NCBI GenBank assembly: GCA_036172245.1
Contig: JAYWIR010000020.1
Location: 434,001 to 498,000, forward strand
Origin: Raillietiella orientalis
Taxonomy: Eukaryota
DNA length: 64,000 nt
Direction: 5' to 3'
Positions within the stretch are counted from its first letter, which is position 1, and every line of letters begins with the position of its first letter. Shown here piece after piece: positions 12,601 to 26,400 of the stretch. The notes under the pieces were generated by a model. The model searched no databases, was not told where the DNA came from, and was given only the letters and a program-made list of their open reading frames with translations. The position numbers and the translations under genes were made by a program.

Positions 12601-13180
12601 AAGGAGTCGATCCTGATACGGTTCTGAGAAACTCGTTCTGCAAATCTCCTTCACACCGATCTGCGTTATTTGAGTCTTTACACTGTGAAGGATGCGAGCA
12701 CGATGCTTTTCTCTGAGTGCTCTCGTTTCAGGACGAGAAATGGCAACTGATATTTAATCTCCGTCAGAGGAGACAAGATGCTGCTCTTTCCCGCTGTTTC
12801 TGAAGGAAAACCTCACTTCTTTCCAGTTGTTTTTTTCAAGTCCGTTACATCCTCCTCCCAGATCGACAGACCATTCATGTAAAATAAATAAATAAAATGA
12901 ACAACAGTAACCTTCCGAAGAACCCGGATCAACAGCAGAAATTCATCTTTTGGTTCAAGCGTTCCCGACGAAATCTGCGTTCTCTTACACTTGAATGTCC
13001 GAAGAGCTCGGGAATTTCCTTAGAAGGAAGCCTGCAGTAGATCTTATCATCCTATGTACAACAAACTGTTCTTAGTACTAAGAAGGAGGAACGAGTACAC
13101 AAAGGAGAAAAAAACATGAAGAAGCACTCGTGTCGTACTTCGAAACATGCAAAGAGATCTGAAAAATAAATCGGTCCAGC

Positions 13181-13238
13181 ATTTCATTGACAAGCAGTTT
13201 TGAGAGAAGAAATTCATTGACGAGCAGTTTTGGGAGAG
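13181..13238. repeat. Tandem duplication of a 30-bp unit
   Basis: atttcattgacaagcagttttgagagaaga followed by aattcattgacgagcagttttgggagag. Confidence 0.85.
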
Positions 13239-13334
13239 TTTATGAGCAGCTGGTAAACGTCGGTTTCTGTCTTTTCTGAGAAAAACATGCAGTGGCAGTC
13301 ATCCTGAGGTGGCAGGCAATGCAATCATTAGGGA

Positions 13335-13990
13335 ATGAAATCGTCGTGCGCTGAGCTCGGCCTGTCTGTATTGGCTGCTTCTGGATTGGCCTTTGCCGGG
13401 AACGTCGGATCTCACCCCTCGAAATTCGTTCGCAACCTTCCTCAGCAAACTATTCGTTGTTCACTGTATTTGAACTGGATGCTCGAGCATCACGCACCAT
13501 TGCATGGACGCATACCGTCGCGCCATCTTTTTTTCCGGAAAACTGGTAACCAGGAAGACCCTGTTGGCATTTCGGAAATCAGCTTTTCGTTGATAGCATC
13601 ACTATGAATCTCACAAAACACTTGAAAGGATTCTGTCTTTTGTTTCCACATATTTTTCCCCCTTCTTTTCCTGAGCTCATTCCTGACATGCTTTCCACCA
13701 TTTGGAGCAGCTAAAGAAGGAATCAGCGATTCCAGGAACTCTGCGATTGGTGTGCTTTGTCCAAAAACGGAGCGTGCGAACCTCATGGAATCAAAGTCGG
13801 AGGAAATTCTCAAGTTCTCTGGAATATCAACTAAACTTCCGCTTGCTTGCTGACCTGAGAGGGGGTGCTATCAGGAGCAGAGAATGTTCCTGGATTTCCT
13901 TTCTCGGCATCTCAGTTTTTAGGACTCTGAAGGAGTAATCTTTCTATCCTGGCTCTTGTGACATTGAAAGCAACTGCTTCCATAACGAGT
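13335..13990 (+). mobile_element. Decayed LINE RT fragment (central to C-terminal)
   Basis: NLPQQTIRCSLYLN resembles G.PQG.ILSP.LFN, QELCDWC resembles L.DWC, and ISFLGISVFRTL resembles KFLG..D..L, in that order. Confidence 0.45.
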
Positions 13991-15279
13991 GTATAAGGGA
14001 GCACTTTCCGGAAGTGGTTGGGGAACCGCTCAGGATCACGGTCCAGAGCAGAGCTCTCCATGGAAATCTGAAGATGCTGGTTTACATCATATTGCTGATA
14101 AACAACTACTGAAATATGGGGAGCTAATGATTATCTGAAGTGGAAGCTGCTGTCAATCGATGCCTCTGGTGAGGCAAAACAATATGGAAGGGGGAGGGGC
14201 AACTTTTTTGGCAACCGAAAGCAGAAGACCTGCGAAACCTTTTTCCTGAAGGGTTAGGGAGAAATATCGGGGAATCAAAGGAAAGAGAGGATAACTGTGC
14301 TCAACCTTTCGTGTGGCAAAAGCACGTGGCCTTGCTGTCGTTGACTAGGTCGCATCCGAAAGCGGAAAGAGAGTGGAACCTACTTTTCTCCACTTCCGAA
14401 TTCCAAAGCGAACTACGGAGGGGCATTTCCAAGTGCAAGGCGACTACTCTGAGAAGTGTACGGGGTCCAGGTGACCTCATGTGCCGAGGAGAACAAAAGA
14501 ACGTCCTTAAAAAGTGCCTCTTTGTTGGTTTGTGGTTCAAGTACTAGAAAGCAGCTGCAGAGTCAGATGAGCTGCTAACTGATACAGATGGAGACGTCCT
14601 TGGACGTCACTTCCGGGTCCACTGGGTAGCGTTCCCTTCGCAGGAACTTTGGAAACCCGTTTCGACAGAGGATGAGGTGGAAGTCCCATATCGATCTGAA
14701 GAGAGAAAGCTGGGTTTCCCCCGGTTTGTACATTTAGAGTGAGAATCTCTTGCCAACTACTCCACGCCAGAAGATACGGAAAGCAAGGACACCAGGCAAA
14801 TATGGAATCACCCAGTCAGTGACCATCCACGAATTCGTGGAAGCTCGTGACACAAGAGAGTGGATTCCACCAGCGTTCGCAAGAGGAGAAGGAAGGAGAA
14901 ATGAATCTCGAGAGATGCATTTGTCCGAGGTTCTTGTCAGATTTCAGACAAAACCATGAATGCTCAGAACAAGACCACTGTCCACAAATGCTCCTGCTGA
15001 TGCGCTTTACTTTCGTTCTTGTTTTTCTCGGTAGAGAGAAAAGAGTTGTGGAGACATTAGCGATGAGATGAAAGAAGGAGCATTTGAACTCTTCCACCGT
15101 TCGATTCATCTCCTTTCTCATGGTTTTACAGTTAAGGAGCACAGGAGGAGAGTTGCTGCACATCCGGATTAGGTAGACCTTTAGAACACCTTAGGAGGTG
15201 CGAATTCTTCCTTTTCTCGCGAGGATTCTCGGTCTGGGAGAAAAGGAAGGGTGGAAGACGGGAGTATGGGTCAAGAGGA

Positions 15280-15321
15280 AACAAACCTGGCACCAGAGTA
15301 TTACCTGGTGCCAGGTTTGTT
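15280..15321. repeat. Perfect 17-bp inverted repeat with 8-nt spacer
   Basis: aacaaacctggcaccag-agtattac-ctggtgccaggtttgtt. Confidence 0.95.
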
Positions 15322-16249
15322 GCCTTTTACCTCCATGGGTGTGAGGAAGGATCCAGGAAACACTCTATCTTTCCCTCATTTTCTCTCTGCTGCCGTTGTT
15401 TTCCCCCAAGATTGCAACTAAGAGGTGGGGACGGGCCCTCACGCTGGAGCGTGAGTCCCTCTGTTGGCGGGACTCCTGAAACATGTTCTGGGGTCGAATG
15501 GAGAGAGATAACCCAGCCATTGCAATTGTAAGAAATGGCCTCCGAGGAATTTTGTTGGTAAGGAAATGAGGACTTCGGCATGATAGGGGAAGGATGGAGG
15601 CGGCAGCGGAGAACCGTCATTCCACGTGTCTTCGTGCCATCCGGAATGGAGGTTGCAGCTTTTCTTGACTGGTGGTCACCCGTTGGAAAGCATTTTGCTA
15701 TCGTTTCATCCTGAACAAGATTTGTCTTTCTCCCTCTTACGGTCTTCTTTCCGGAACTTTTGATCACTCTGCTACCTTGGAGTTGCCCGTTTCTTTTTGG
15801 AACAGTTAACAGTGGATCCACTTTGCTTCTTTGCAGCTTATTGACCTTCCCTTTTCTACACACTATGATCTTGTTCTCAGGTACAGCCGCTCGCTTTCTT
15901 ACGCAAGGTTTCATCCGGTTCATCATATCTCGGGAAGATGGAATCCGTGGGAAGTAGTGAAGCAGAGCTTTAGAGAGAAGTCCGGTTCCAATGATCCTAC
16001 GCTTTTCCGGCTTTGCATCCTCCAGTTTCTCGAGATTCGATGGACCCGTTAAGTAAGATCACTCGAGATCATGTGGCTCCATTGTCGTGTTCTCTGGTCA
16101 GTGGACTCATTTCGATGTCTCTCCTGATCACAGAAAGGAAGAAGAGAAATCGCCAAACAAAGGTCATTTGTGGCTTCTCACTGCCAGAAGAGACGTGTAG
16201 GATTTGAATCCGCGCGATCCACAAACCCTCCCATGACATCAGGACGCCC

Positions 16250-16830
16250 ATTTGTGTCGCTTAAGAACGCACCAGGATACCGAAGCGGGAGCGTTCCGTG
16301 CTTTCCACTGCCAGCGCACCACGAGCTTCATTCTGATTGGCGGACAGAGCACAAGTGAAGAAGTGAGATGCTCCTATGAAAATTCCGAGAGGTTGTGGAT
16401 GTTGGCGCTTCCTACTGGTAGGGGTTGTCGATGTGACCTTGGGTTTTTGTCCCGAGCCCTCCGTCTTGGAAAGAATCTGTTCGAGGAGTGCGTGGTACAT
16501 CCTCAGCACGTGACTGCATCTTTTTCGAAGTCTGTGGATGACCGTCGTTACCCGATGCGACTCTGGTTGGTGAGGGGCGAAGCAGAGCTTCCCACTAGCA
16601 GAGAACCTGTCTCATGTTCTGGAAAACGGGACGATCAATGAGGGACTTTCTATCCCATAATTCCATTTGTTCTTCCGTTCATCGATTAGATGCGATTTTC
16701 ATCGCACTGTTCCTCTCTCATTCCCCCTGGATGAAATGTTTGATCACATGGTTCTCGCGTCGGGCTCTTGGAGGCTGAGATTTAAAAGCACCTGTTCCCA
16801 TTGTGCCCCAGCTTGCTCCAGGGCACAAAA
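16250..16830 (-). mobile_element. Possible decayed LINE RT fragment
   Basis: TDFEK and YHALLEQI resemble DF.KAFD.V.H.LL. Weak. Confidence 0.3.
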
Positions 16831-18779
16831 GAATGCGGTCCGTGGGTGAGTCGGTTGAATTTCGTGAAGCAAAGACAATGGACTACCTCTACTTTTCTTT
16901 TCTTCCTGAGGATGACGTTTGGCTGCTCTCCTTCCCCGTTCCCCCCCCCCCCCCCCCCTTCCAGTTTTTTTTCCCCCCTTTGATAGTGACCTGTTCGCCG
17001 AATAGTCACGAAACCTTTTACTTGACGTCATGCGCCACCATTCTCTCACCTCGCCTTCCGGAGAGAGGCTCCCTTGGCAACAGAACTTGACTTGTTTGAA
17101 GTATCGCGCTGCCAGGAAAGAAAAACCTTCCTTGATTCCGGAAAGCAGGAAAGGATTTATGGTGCTTCGCTACTTCCCAGATCTTCTTGACCGGGATATG
17201 CACCGCATCGTGGGTATCGGCTTCTTCAGTGACTCAGGATTCTCGCGAGTTATGCACCCCGCAACGCATTGAACCTCTTCCTCCCTTGCAACGCAACACA
17301 CATACACCGCTTTTGAGTGTTTTCTTGACCTCACCAGCCGTGTCCTAAAATTTCCTTTCTAGAATCGGGTGATTTCCTGCCTCCCAATCCCGCATCTCTT
17401 TGATTCTTCCGCGGGTAGCACCTTCACTTTCTTCTGAGAAACAGTTTCATTGCGTCTTCTGCTCCGACACCCTTCTCGTAGTCATCATCATTATTCCCTG
17501 CAATCGTCCTCCGTAAGCAAAGAAGAAACGTATCCTCTTCAGAAGAGAGGGAGAACATCTGGAATCTGGAATGCTCTCTCGATCAGGGAAAGATGCCGAT
17601 GGCTTCCACATCGGCTGGACAATCCGAAAGCAGTCAGTAATCATGTTTAGGGAAGGCGAGACACGGAGCTCTGGGACTCGACCTTGTTTTCTCCATTCCT
17701 TTCAGTCATTTGCCCTTATCTATTTGCTGTGGATCAAAGGGAGGAAGGGACGGTTATCAGCAGTCCTTCTCTCTTTTTTCCTCTGGCAAAATTTCTCTTT
17801 TTCCTTCCTTCGTCCCCGACTGCGCTCGCGTGCCAAATAAACGTAAATTGCGATTTGCATGGTGCATTCTTCGAGCGTTTCCAACAAGCTCTCATATTCT
17901 TTGCCCTTCGAAGAGCAATCCACGAGTTTCGCCTCTTCCCCCTCATTTCCTACGGAAGACCTGATCAGGAGATCATTCCCTGTCATTTTCTGTACGATAA
18001 TTCTCTTCCCATCTCGTGATCACAACCATATCTCTGGACTTGGCGATACTCACAGGGCAATCCGTCTTATTGACAGGATTCGTATTCAAAACAAAGGGAA
18101 TTAGCAGAACGAAGTCTTTCGCAGGGTCCCCATGTCTTGTATGGCGAAGCAACCAACTTGGCACATTTTTAATAGCTTCCAGTAATGGCGTCCAGGATTA
18201 CAAACAGGGGGAAGCTATCCTTCTAAGCAATAGAGACTCTTCCTTCTTTCCTTCCTTCCTTTCCTTTTTTTTTTTTAACATGATTTTTCCCGATTCCAAA
18301 AAAAACACACACATAGACACACATAAAAAGCATTATTACTTATGTCTGGACAGGTTCGCGAGCGAATGGGTAGGAATGCGAGGAGTAGGGCTCGTAAAAA
18401 GTGAGTGGGCCTGCAAGGTGACGCAGCGAGGAGATCCGACAAAGTGTCGGGTGGAGACAACAGCAGGCAAAAGTTTGGAGCTGCGTTCCAATGATGAAAA
18501 CTGGGTTTCTGAATCCTTCGCTGTTTCCCACGTTCAGTGCCAAAAGGGTGCACCTGCACGTACCTTCTGCTATCTCGTCTTCCTTCCATCTTAGAAAAAA
18601 GGTCGCTTGGAAAAGAATGAGTAGACACAAGCGAAAGTTTTCAGCTTATCTTTCCATATAAACCGATCCGAAAAAACCAACCCTGTTATTTTTCGGTGGG
18701 CAGGAAGGAATTAGATGAATGAGCGGAACTTCTAGTGGATGTATGGACTTCCATCGTTTCTCGGAATTAGAGGCTGTTC

Positions 18780-19350
18780 CTTCGATATTCTCCTGGAAAA
18801 ATCACGTAAGTTTTTGCGCCAAAGATGAGCAAAGGAGACACGTTTGCTCGATGACATCCAAAAACAAGCTCCCAAAGATTGTTGTGCTTTTAGTTGCACC
18901 TTCTAAGCGAGAAGAAATATTCAAAATAATCAATCAAAGTCTCGAGGGCTTTCTGGCTGTACAGGAATCTTGAGATTCGGAGAGTGAAGGATACTCGAAA
19001 CTCGGGCCTGAGACTATCAAAGAAAAGATCAAGAGTGTCGTCTAAATAGCTGAACGTGGCTTCGAGATGCTTTAGCCACCTGCTGCTCATAAAAGAGAAT
19101 GGATCACCAGACCTTTCCATCAAAGCAGGATCTTCATTCTTTTTCTTGAAGAATCTGGAACTATGGATCGAGGTGAACATATGCAGAGAATTTGAAGAGA
19201 GAGAGACTCTGTTCTTCGGATGCCTTTGTATAGTTTCGACTTCCATGGCTATGAGAGTCTCTGTAGAGGGAAGATTACAGTCGTTAAATCGTCCTGCAAA
19301 ATTTATCACGAAACGTCTACCCATTCGGGCAAAGGCGTGGAACCAGGAAG
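18780..19350 (-). mobile_element. Decayed LINE RT fragment
   Basis: FKKKNEDPALMERSGDPFSFMSSRWLKHLE resembles KK..DP..NYRPISL.S..K.LE; YSQKALETLIDYF resembles ST..AL..L.D. Confidence 0.45.
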
Positions 19351-20159
19351 AACGCACTCAAAGCATTCCAGCCAAACAGTTGGCATAAGGTCTGAAGGGA
19401 GATATGAGAGAAGTCTGTGTGGTTTTAAGGAGCGCAGATTATCACAAGGAAATCTGTTCTAAAGAGATCCCATTCTACGAAATGTTGCTGAATCTCTTTG
19501 TGAAGTAGCAAGGGAGGTGCAGTATGAAACGTCTTTTCAGAATGTCAGGTAACAAGTGGGCAGCAAGTTGGAAGGGCGCGGTGTTGCATGAAATGCAAAC
19601 TTTTGTCATATCCATGGTGACCCATCTCAAATACATCACACTCCGCTCCAGAAATCCTCAAAGTATACATACAGACTTCTCAGGCAGGAGACTCTAAAGT
19701 CTTTCCTCAGCAATGTTTCTATAACAAGGCAGGTCATTACTAAATATAGTATTTAAGTGTTCGCCGCTTCTATCTGAAGAGAGAAGAGAGAGGAAAGAAA
19801 GAAAAAGAATCAGTCATCTGCACAATTTCTTTTGCTGTACATTTTCTTCCTATTGGAAGGAAAGAAGGTTAAACAAAGCTGCCAGAACAAATGAACAGAA
19901 ACTGGTCCATCAAAGTTCGACTCTCTCTTTTATTCTAAAGATTTAAGATGCGTCGGACTGATTTTTGTAGAAGCTCACCTTTTGCATCCACGCTCATGTT
20001 TGCCATACGAGAAGATAAGCATGATGCTTTTTATTTCTTTGCACACTGGCTATCAATACATACATAAAATTTATTATTTAATAAAGTTTACTGGCACCTA
20101 AACGATGGAAAAGCATCGTTTCCGAATTGTCTTATCTAAATCTAGTGAATCTGATCTGT

Positions 20160-20410
20160 CTACTGGTTTGTGCAGCTCATTTCGAAGTTGAGGATTTCGA
20201 GAAGGTTTGGAAAGTTTCTGGTATACATGCTGCAGGTTTTAGACCCACATACATTTCTCGTTGTGAATAGGTGGTCTCTTGAGATCACTTCGGACGATAG
20301 CGTAAACAAGTTTCCAAACAGAGGCCTACGATGTTCAAGAACTCCTGTGGGAATGAGAGTCAGGTAGATTCCATTTCTTCGGGATGTAGGTTTCCTAGAG
20401 ATCACTTTTC
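20160..20410 (-). mobile_element. Decayed LINE RT N-terminal fragment
   Basis: KPTSRRNGIYLTLIPTGVLEHRRPLFGNLFTLS resembles K.PG.DGI...LLK......PL..LFN.S. Confidence 0.45.
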
Positions 20411-23400
20411 TTTCTCTGATTAAAAAAAAAAAATCTCAGAATAAGCGTACTAAACCTCCATAAGATGCCCGTGTATTGACTTCAGAAGCTTTGGAGGTAG
20501 ATGCGGGGAGTTTTTGTACTTTCATTCCTTGGGAACTACATGTGCTTCGAGGATCCCTCATTTGCAGTTCCGGAAGAAGAATTCGTTCGAACCGAGAGGA
20601 AGATTGAATAGTCCGGTGCAGAAGCAAAATTTACTGCAGAATCCTCCCCAAAGTTTTCCGAGGGACTGGAAGAGTTTTCTCAAACATTCATGAGCGGTCG
20701 TGACAACTGTACCTCTATTCTTTTTCCCTTTTGTTTCTCCTCTCTCTCCCGGCGAGGGGGGTTCTCGTTCCAGGCGCACGACGAAAAATGTCGGATCCAA
20801 GCGTTTTATTAGTACATACACGCAAGGGCGACTAGCGACGGCTGGGCTAAAAATCTTCCCTGCTAATTGCTACCACACCTCCGTCTGCAATGCACGAGAG
20901 TGGCTTCATGCAATTTTGGTCGCTTGTGGCTGCCTTCATGTTGTTGCTGGGAGCAGCACACGAAGCTCCTGATCGTGCAGGTTGCTCCAGGTGGTATTCT
21001 TTCGCTGCAGTGACGAGTCGGTTGAACATGTTTGTCGGGATGGAAAAAGTCATGTCATTTACAGATCAAGCCTTGTTCTCGATTCAGAAATCAGAAAAGT
21101 GCCCCCTAACAGATTTTTTTTTTTTTTTTTTTCTCTTCAGTGTCTGTGCAGGAACCATTCAGAGGATAGTCTTCTAACGGTTCTGTTGAAAACGAGAGCA
21201 GCAACGCGCTCCTGAAGATCTTCAGCAAAGTGTGAATACTTGTATCTCAGGCATCCCATCCACCGTATAAAGTCATCCATTGTGACAGATACGCTGTGGA
21301 ATCAATCACAAAACAATCCTTGGAACAAAAATGCGTGGAAGATGGGGAATGAGAAGGTTAACACTTCCTCGAAATGCTCCAATCCTTCTTTCTAGATATG
21401 ATGTCTGGAAGGCTAGAGACGGACTTGAAAAACTCGAAGACTCTGAATAGCTTTGAAATTCTTTTTTCTAAAAGATCAGGTATTTCTGTTATTTCGGCGA
21501 GTGCTAATTCCACAAGAATGCATCACCCTGTGATTCGAAATAACTCTCTGTTTCAATGGAAAGAACTGTGTTGAAAAATATTCTTTCCGTTTTCTAAAGA
21601 TGGGGGGAATTTTGTTATGCTGTGCTTCGCTAGATTAGTTAACCGAAGTGTATTCAGAACACTAACTCATCTCCGCATAAGTCTCTCGGATGTGTTCCCT
21701 CTTTGGCATTTCTGCCGACTTACTGTGAAATATGATCAATTCCAGGAAGCTAGGAGTTTGTTCCTCTGTGTGATATCGGCATCCCTATCATGTAATCAGA
21801 CCCGTTTATTAGAACCCTCAGTTTCCTTAAGTTCCAGGAGCTCCTTTAAACGATGGTGGCTGTCCACGTTTCTGCATCTATTCAAAGGTGCGGTGCACCG
21901 ATCTGCACACCCGAAAGGAGATTTCATCCTATTTCCAATCCTTTGACAGACGGTTTCAATTTTCAGCTGGACTCTTTCTGATCTTGTTTCGGTCGGTCAT
22001 ATTGTTCTGGAATCGTGACTTGGATTTCTTCTGAGTGCTTTCTTACGAGTCTTCGTAAGAGATTGGTGACATTCACTATCGTATGTACATGCACAAAAAG
22101 TGAGCGGGCACCAAAACAAAAACATGGATCAAAAATGGGTGCAGAATAGAACTTTAGCTAACGCAAAGCGAAGCAGAATCCTGAACATTTGCTTTGCGCC
22201 TTCACACCCTTACAGAAGTCAAGTAAGTACCTTCGTTGGTCAAAGTTGTCGCTTCCGTCCCATTCCTTTTTGCCCAAAAAATTCGGAACCATTTTACATC
22301 TTGTGTAGGAAAGTTACTCTGTGTCCATTTTCCGTGATTTCTGTTTCGGATTAGCGTATAGCATTTTTCAGTGGGTTAACGGCAGAGATGTCAAGATGGA
22401 CCACTCTCACTTTGTCCGCGGAGTTATATCGTTACAAGCCGTGGTTCTCTTATATATTTCCCTTTCCTGCTGGGATGCTGCTTTTCTGGAGGATGAGTTC
22501 CACTAGAGTTTCCAAGTGCAAAATTGGCGAACAATTTTCTAATCACGAACCATCACAAAAACCGTCTATTTCGAAGGCATAAATCCACAGTTTTAATACG
22601 TGCGGAGTCGCACTTTTGTCAGCTTCAACACTAGGATGTACAATCGAAAACCAGGAGAGTACGGCGTGGCATGGAAGATACTGATTTCGTTTCCTGAATC
22701 AAGAAGAACCTGCAAATGAATCCCACAAATCAGGATTTGATTGGTGGAAAGTGAAAAAGAAAAAAAAATCAAAACAAAATGGAATACCTTGGGAGAAGTA
22801 GCTCGATCAGCAGAGATGAAAAGATCCTAGTGAAAAAGCCAAAGAGTCTTTGCTGTTGGTCCAGCACTAAGACACAATCAATGAAAGGAAACTTAAGACG
22901 ATTGTATCCGTTATGATTCAGTTTTTAGGTGTTATTAGCTGCTGCATTTATGCACTTATAGAGTCGCTGAATGAGGCTTCTGTCTGGAGCTAATCTCATA
23001 ATCAATTTTCCCGCATTTCTATGAACCCTCTCCCTTCCGTAGATAAGTGGAACTCCTTTTTAACAAAGCGAGCAAGACCTTTGTGGAAGATAGGCCGAGT
23101 GATACATACTAAGTTGGTCAGCATCACTGGAACGTAATCAGCAACCTTTATCACTCCCTTTCTAATGCTTCAAGACAATAGTCCTTAACGTGGCAGCGCT
23201 CGTCCCTGAACTGAACTCCTGCATGCTAAATACAAAACAATTCCTGTCAGTCACAATGAAACCATCTCTTGATCTCATATATTAACAGCACAGACATGCG
23301 AGAGCTTGTCCTTGCTGTTTATTAAGCAAGTCTGTCTCTAGGTAACACAGATATGACGCCTGTGTTATTCGGTTGGCGTTGTTTATCCTAAAATGGCATG

Positions 23401-23449
23401 ATGATCTCTTTCCCAGTCGAGTGAAACAGGTCTCCCACCATCTCTCAGC

Positions 23450-26400
23450 TGCAGAAAATAGCCTCATAAACAAGAACAAACTTCCCATACATCCAGTTTC
23501 GCAGTTTTTTCCAGTTTGGCGCCTCTCGACTTGCAGGCACGCAAAGCATTGCTAGGGCAGTATGGCTTCCATCTTGTTTAAGGGGTCTTCATCCCACATC
23601 AAGTTTCATTGGCACTGCTTTCAAGGATACATTTTTCCTTTTTGGAGTCAACACAAAACATCCAACTACATGATGCTGATATTGTGGTGGGTAGCCAGCT
23701 TTCTCAGATCCCGAATGTTTGTATTGTGGTCATCCAGCGTCCTCTTCATTGTCCTTCCACAAATGGCTTTCCTTCGGAACACAGTCAGCAGAGCTGATGG
23801 ACCAGACCAGGAAGATGTGTTTGCTGCGGAACATGTTGTTGTGACGGACTCTGTCTAGTTCAAACTTCAGCTCCTCCATCCGGATAATGGCTCTGAAAAT
23901 GTGTCCAGTATACATTCCGGTTGTATTTTACATGGAAGGACACCACTTTGCATTCTCCTCTTCCAAGCTGTCGCGTGTTGTCTTGATCACCTCGGCGCGA
24001 AGCTATGGCAACCTTCCTTCCACTGCTGCACTTCGCCCAGAGCATCGTAAGTATAGAAGCGCTGGGAGAAGTTCTGCAGCCCGCACATTATACGGAACTT
24101 CCTTCTGGACGTCCGCTCTCTGCAGTTGGCATCAAGAAGGGGGGCTCCACACACCTGGAACTCGGCAGGGTTTCTCCTCGAAAGTTCCGGGAGGCAAGGA
24201 AGTGAGAGTGAGAAAAGGCACAGCCGGCTCGGGTAGGACCCATCGACCACAAAGAGCACCTTGGCGCAGGAGGGTGGGCGCACGCTTCGGTCGCTTGTCC
24301 GGGAGAACTCGAGCACCGCAGAACTTCGTTGTTTTGATGATTTCGTGATCCTAGGCAGACCTGCTACCCACACCCTGACCATTGCCTGTGGGCTCCTTGA
24401 AGAGAAATGGATAGCTTTGTTCTCTTCCTTTGTCGTTAGTCTTCCGTCACGATGGCGGTCGACTGTCGAAGTGTCAGCAAATCTCCTGGATGGCCATCTG
24501 GCCATTTTTTTGAAAGTCTGTCCGCGGTTCAAAGGTGGCTTCCAGGATTGGTTTTTTGAAGTCTGCTGGCTCCCACTACTTCCACCTTTCCTTTTCCGCT
24601 TGGGTAACCAGATGGTCGTGTCTCTTAGTGATAAAAACTGACTGCTGCACTCGATGCTATTTCGCAGAGTCTCGTCTTTCATCGTGCATCTTTAAAAGCG
24701 TTCTATGCTCCTCTAGGGAGTGCTGCTCGCATGAGTGGTATGCTTAGGAAAGCAGAATAGACGAATTTGTTGGCTAACGCTGTCTTCTGGTTCATAAGAG
24801 GAAATCAGATGGGGTAAGTGCAATGGGACACTCTTGAAACGGCTTACGTCTCTGGAGAAGAATTCGCCTGAATGAGTCGATGCGTACGCGCAACAGATAT
24901 CCTGAGAGTTGCGAATAACACCAGCAGCCAAGATGGGATGGAAGGATTTGGGTTACTTTTGGGGTTAACAATCTCCTCCGTTCATTATCACCTCTTGGAT
25001 TCCGCACACCTAACAAGAACACTGGTCTCGATGACTGCTACCATGACTATGCGTCTCATAACCACGCATTCGTTCTTCTTGTAGTGACTTGGGGCTTTAC
25101 AGAGGGACCCCTTTTGTTTTTAACAAGGAATGCGATATCCACATTGACCTCGCGAGTGAAAGAGGAAGCTACAATGCTCAGTCCCTCGATCGACTGTCTT
25201 CGGTGACCGCCTGGTCTAGTACCGTGGATCGGAAGTCGCGCAGGATGGTCTGACTCCGCGGATCGCATCGCACAGCCAGATCGACTTTCGAGGTCTACCA
25301 CGGCGCCTGTCTACCCGCGAAGTGGGACGTTTCCTGCTAGATCTGGGGCAGCAGGAAACGCATAGGTGGCTGGACTGCGCGTCAGCTCGCTGACTGCGCA
25401 ACAACCTTGAACCCATCCAGAGGACTTGCTCTCCGGGGTGAACTCTTCGGCATCCCACTGAAAGAGCTGGAGGCACTCCCAATGATCGCGAACGACTTGT
25501 GCCTCCACCTCAGGTGGCAGCAGTTGGCGCTGCTGATCTTGTATTGGGCACTCTTGGGCAACGTGCTTCGCCACCATAGGACGAGGAGGAGGTCAGCCCC
25601 AACTGCTCCAAGAGCGGGGCGAAAGAGACTTTCCCTCACCTGGTATTGACATGACTTCATGGGAACGTTTCTCCGGCTGTCCCTTTCGCTAGTGGACACT
25701 CCAGAAGACTGTTTAAGGAACTTTGCGCGAAGTGCTTGTTCGTCAGCTGCCGCCGTTGCAGTGCTGTTCTATCTACGGAGAGCCTATGCCTCCAGGGACG
25801 ACACTGAGAGTGGACCACATGGCAGGGGTGCCACCATCCGTTTCGTCATCCGGTTCCCGAGGATCGCGGCGAGCTGGAACCACCTGCGCAGGAGGAGCTC
25901 GCCGGCATCCTGCAAAGGATGCAATGGATGGTGATCGCGGGATGTGATCCTTTCCCTCTCCCCTCAACTTAAGCAGACTCTTTTCTTTTTTCTTTTGCTA
26001 GTCCCTTGGTGGGATGCATAGTTTTACCGACTCTTGTTTGTTTGTTTATTCATATATTTTTGTAAAAAAATAAACGCGCCATCGCGACCGGTTGGAAACC
26101 CACAGTCGTACCTAGCGGTGCAACATCTCGATTGCGCTAGGTCTTATCGAGGGTCTACATCTACCTTATTCAGAAGTCTCCCTCCCTACGAGCCACACAG
26201 GAAACTCGTGCAGCCATGACTGCTGCGTGGAACATGCCTCTGCCACTGAGCTGCCAGGCGATGTCACGTGGAATGGAGAATTCCTGGAATGCCCGAACCT
26301 CTTCATTGGGGGACTGAAATTCACAAGCTCGGAGGTGAAGATCCACTTCCTAGGAGAGAGGTCAGGTCACGGAGAGGTAATGCTCTCTCTCCGAGCTTGC

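Noticed and set aside
13181..13250. CRISPR-like repeat
   Set aside because: Two adjacent 30-bp units with no spacers, in a eukaryotic context and with no cas genes.
25223..25342. Minus-strand 120-nt exon-like segment with AT-hook RRRGRPRKS (25282-25308)
   Set aside because: It lies antisense to the Ngaro relic, has a weak donor and no phase-compatible neighbouring exons. The motif is easy to obtain by chance in GC-rich DNA. RNA-seq could overturn this.
25407..25649. ELFGIPLKELEALP as the start of a RhoGAP domain
   Set aside because: No in-frame EG.FR arginine-finger motif follows. The segment fits DIRS/Ngaro RNase H better, at the expected position between the RT and YR remnants.
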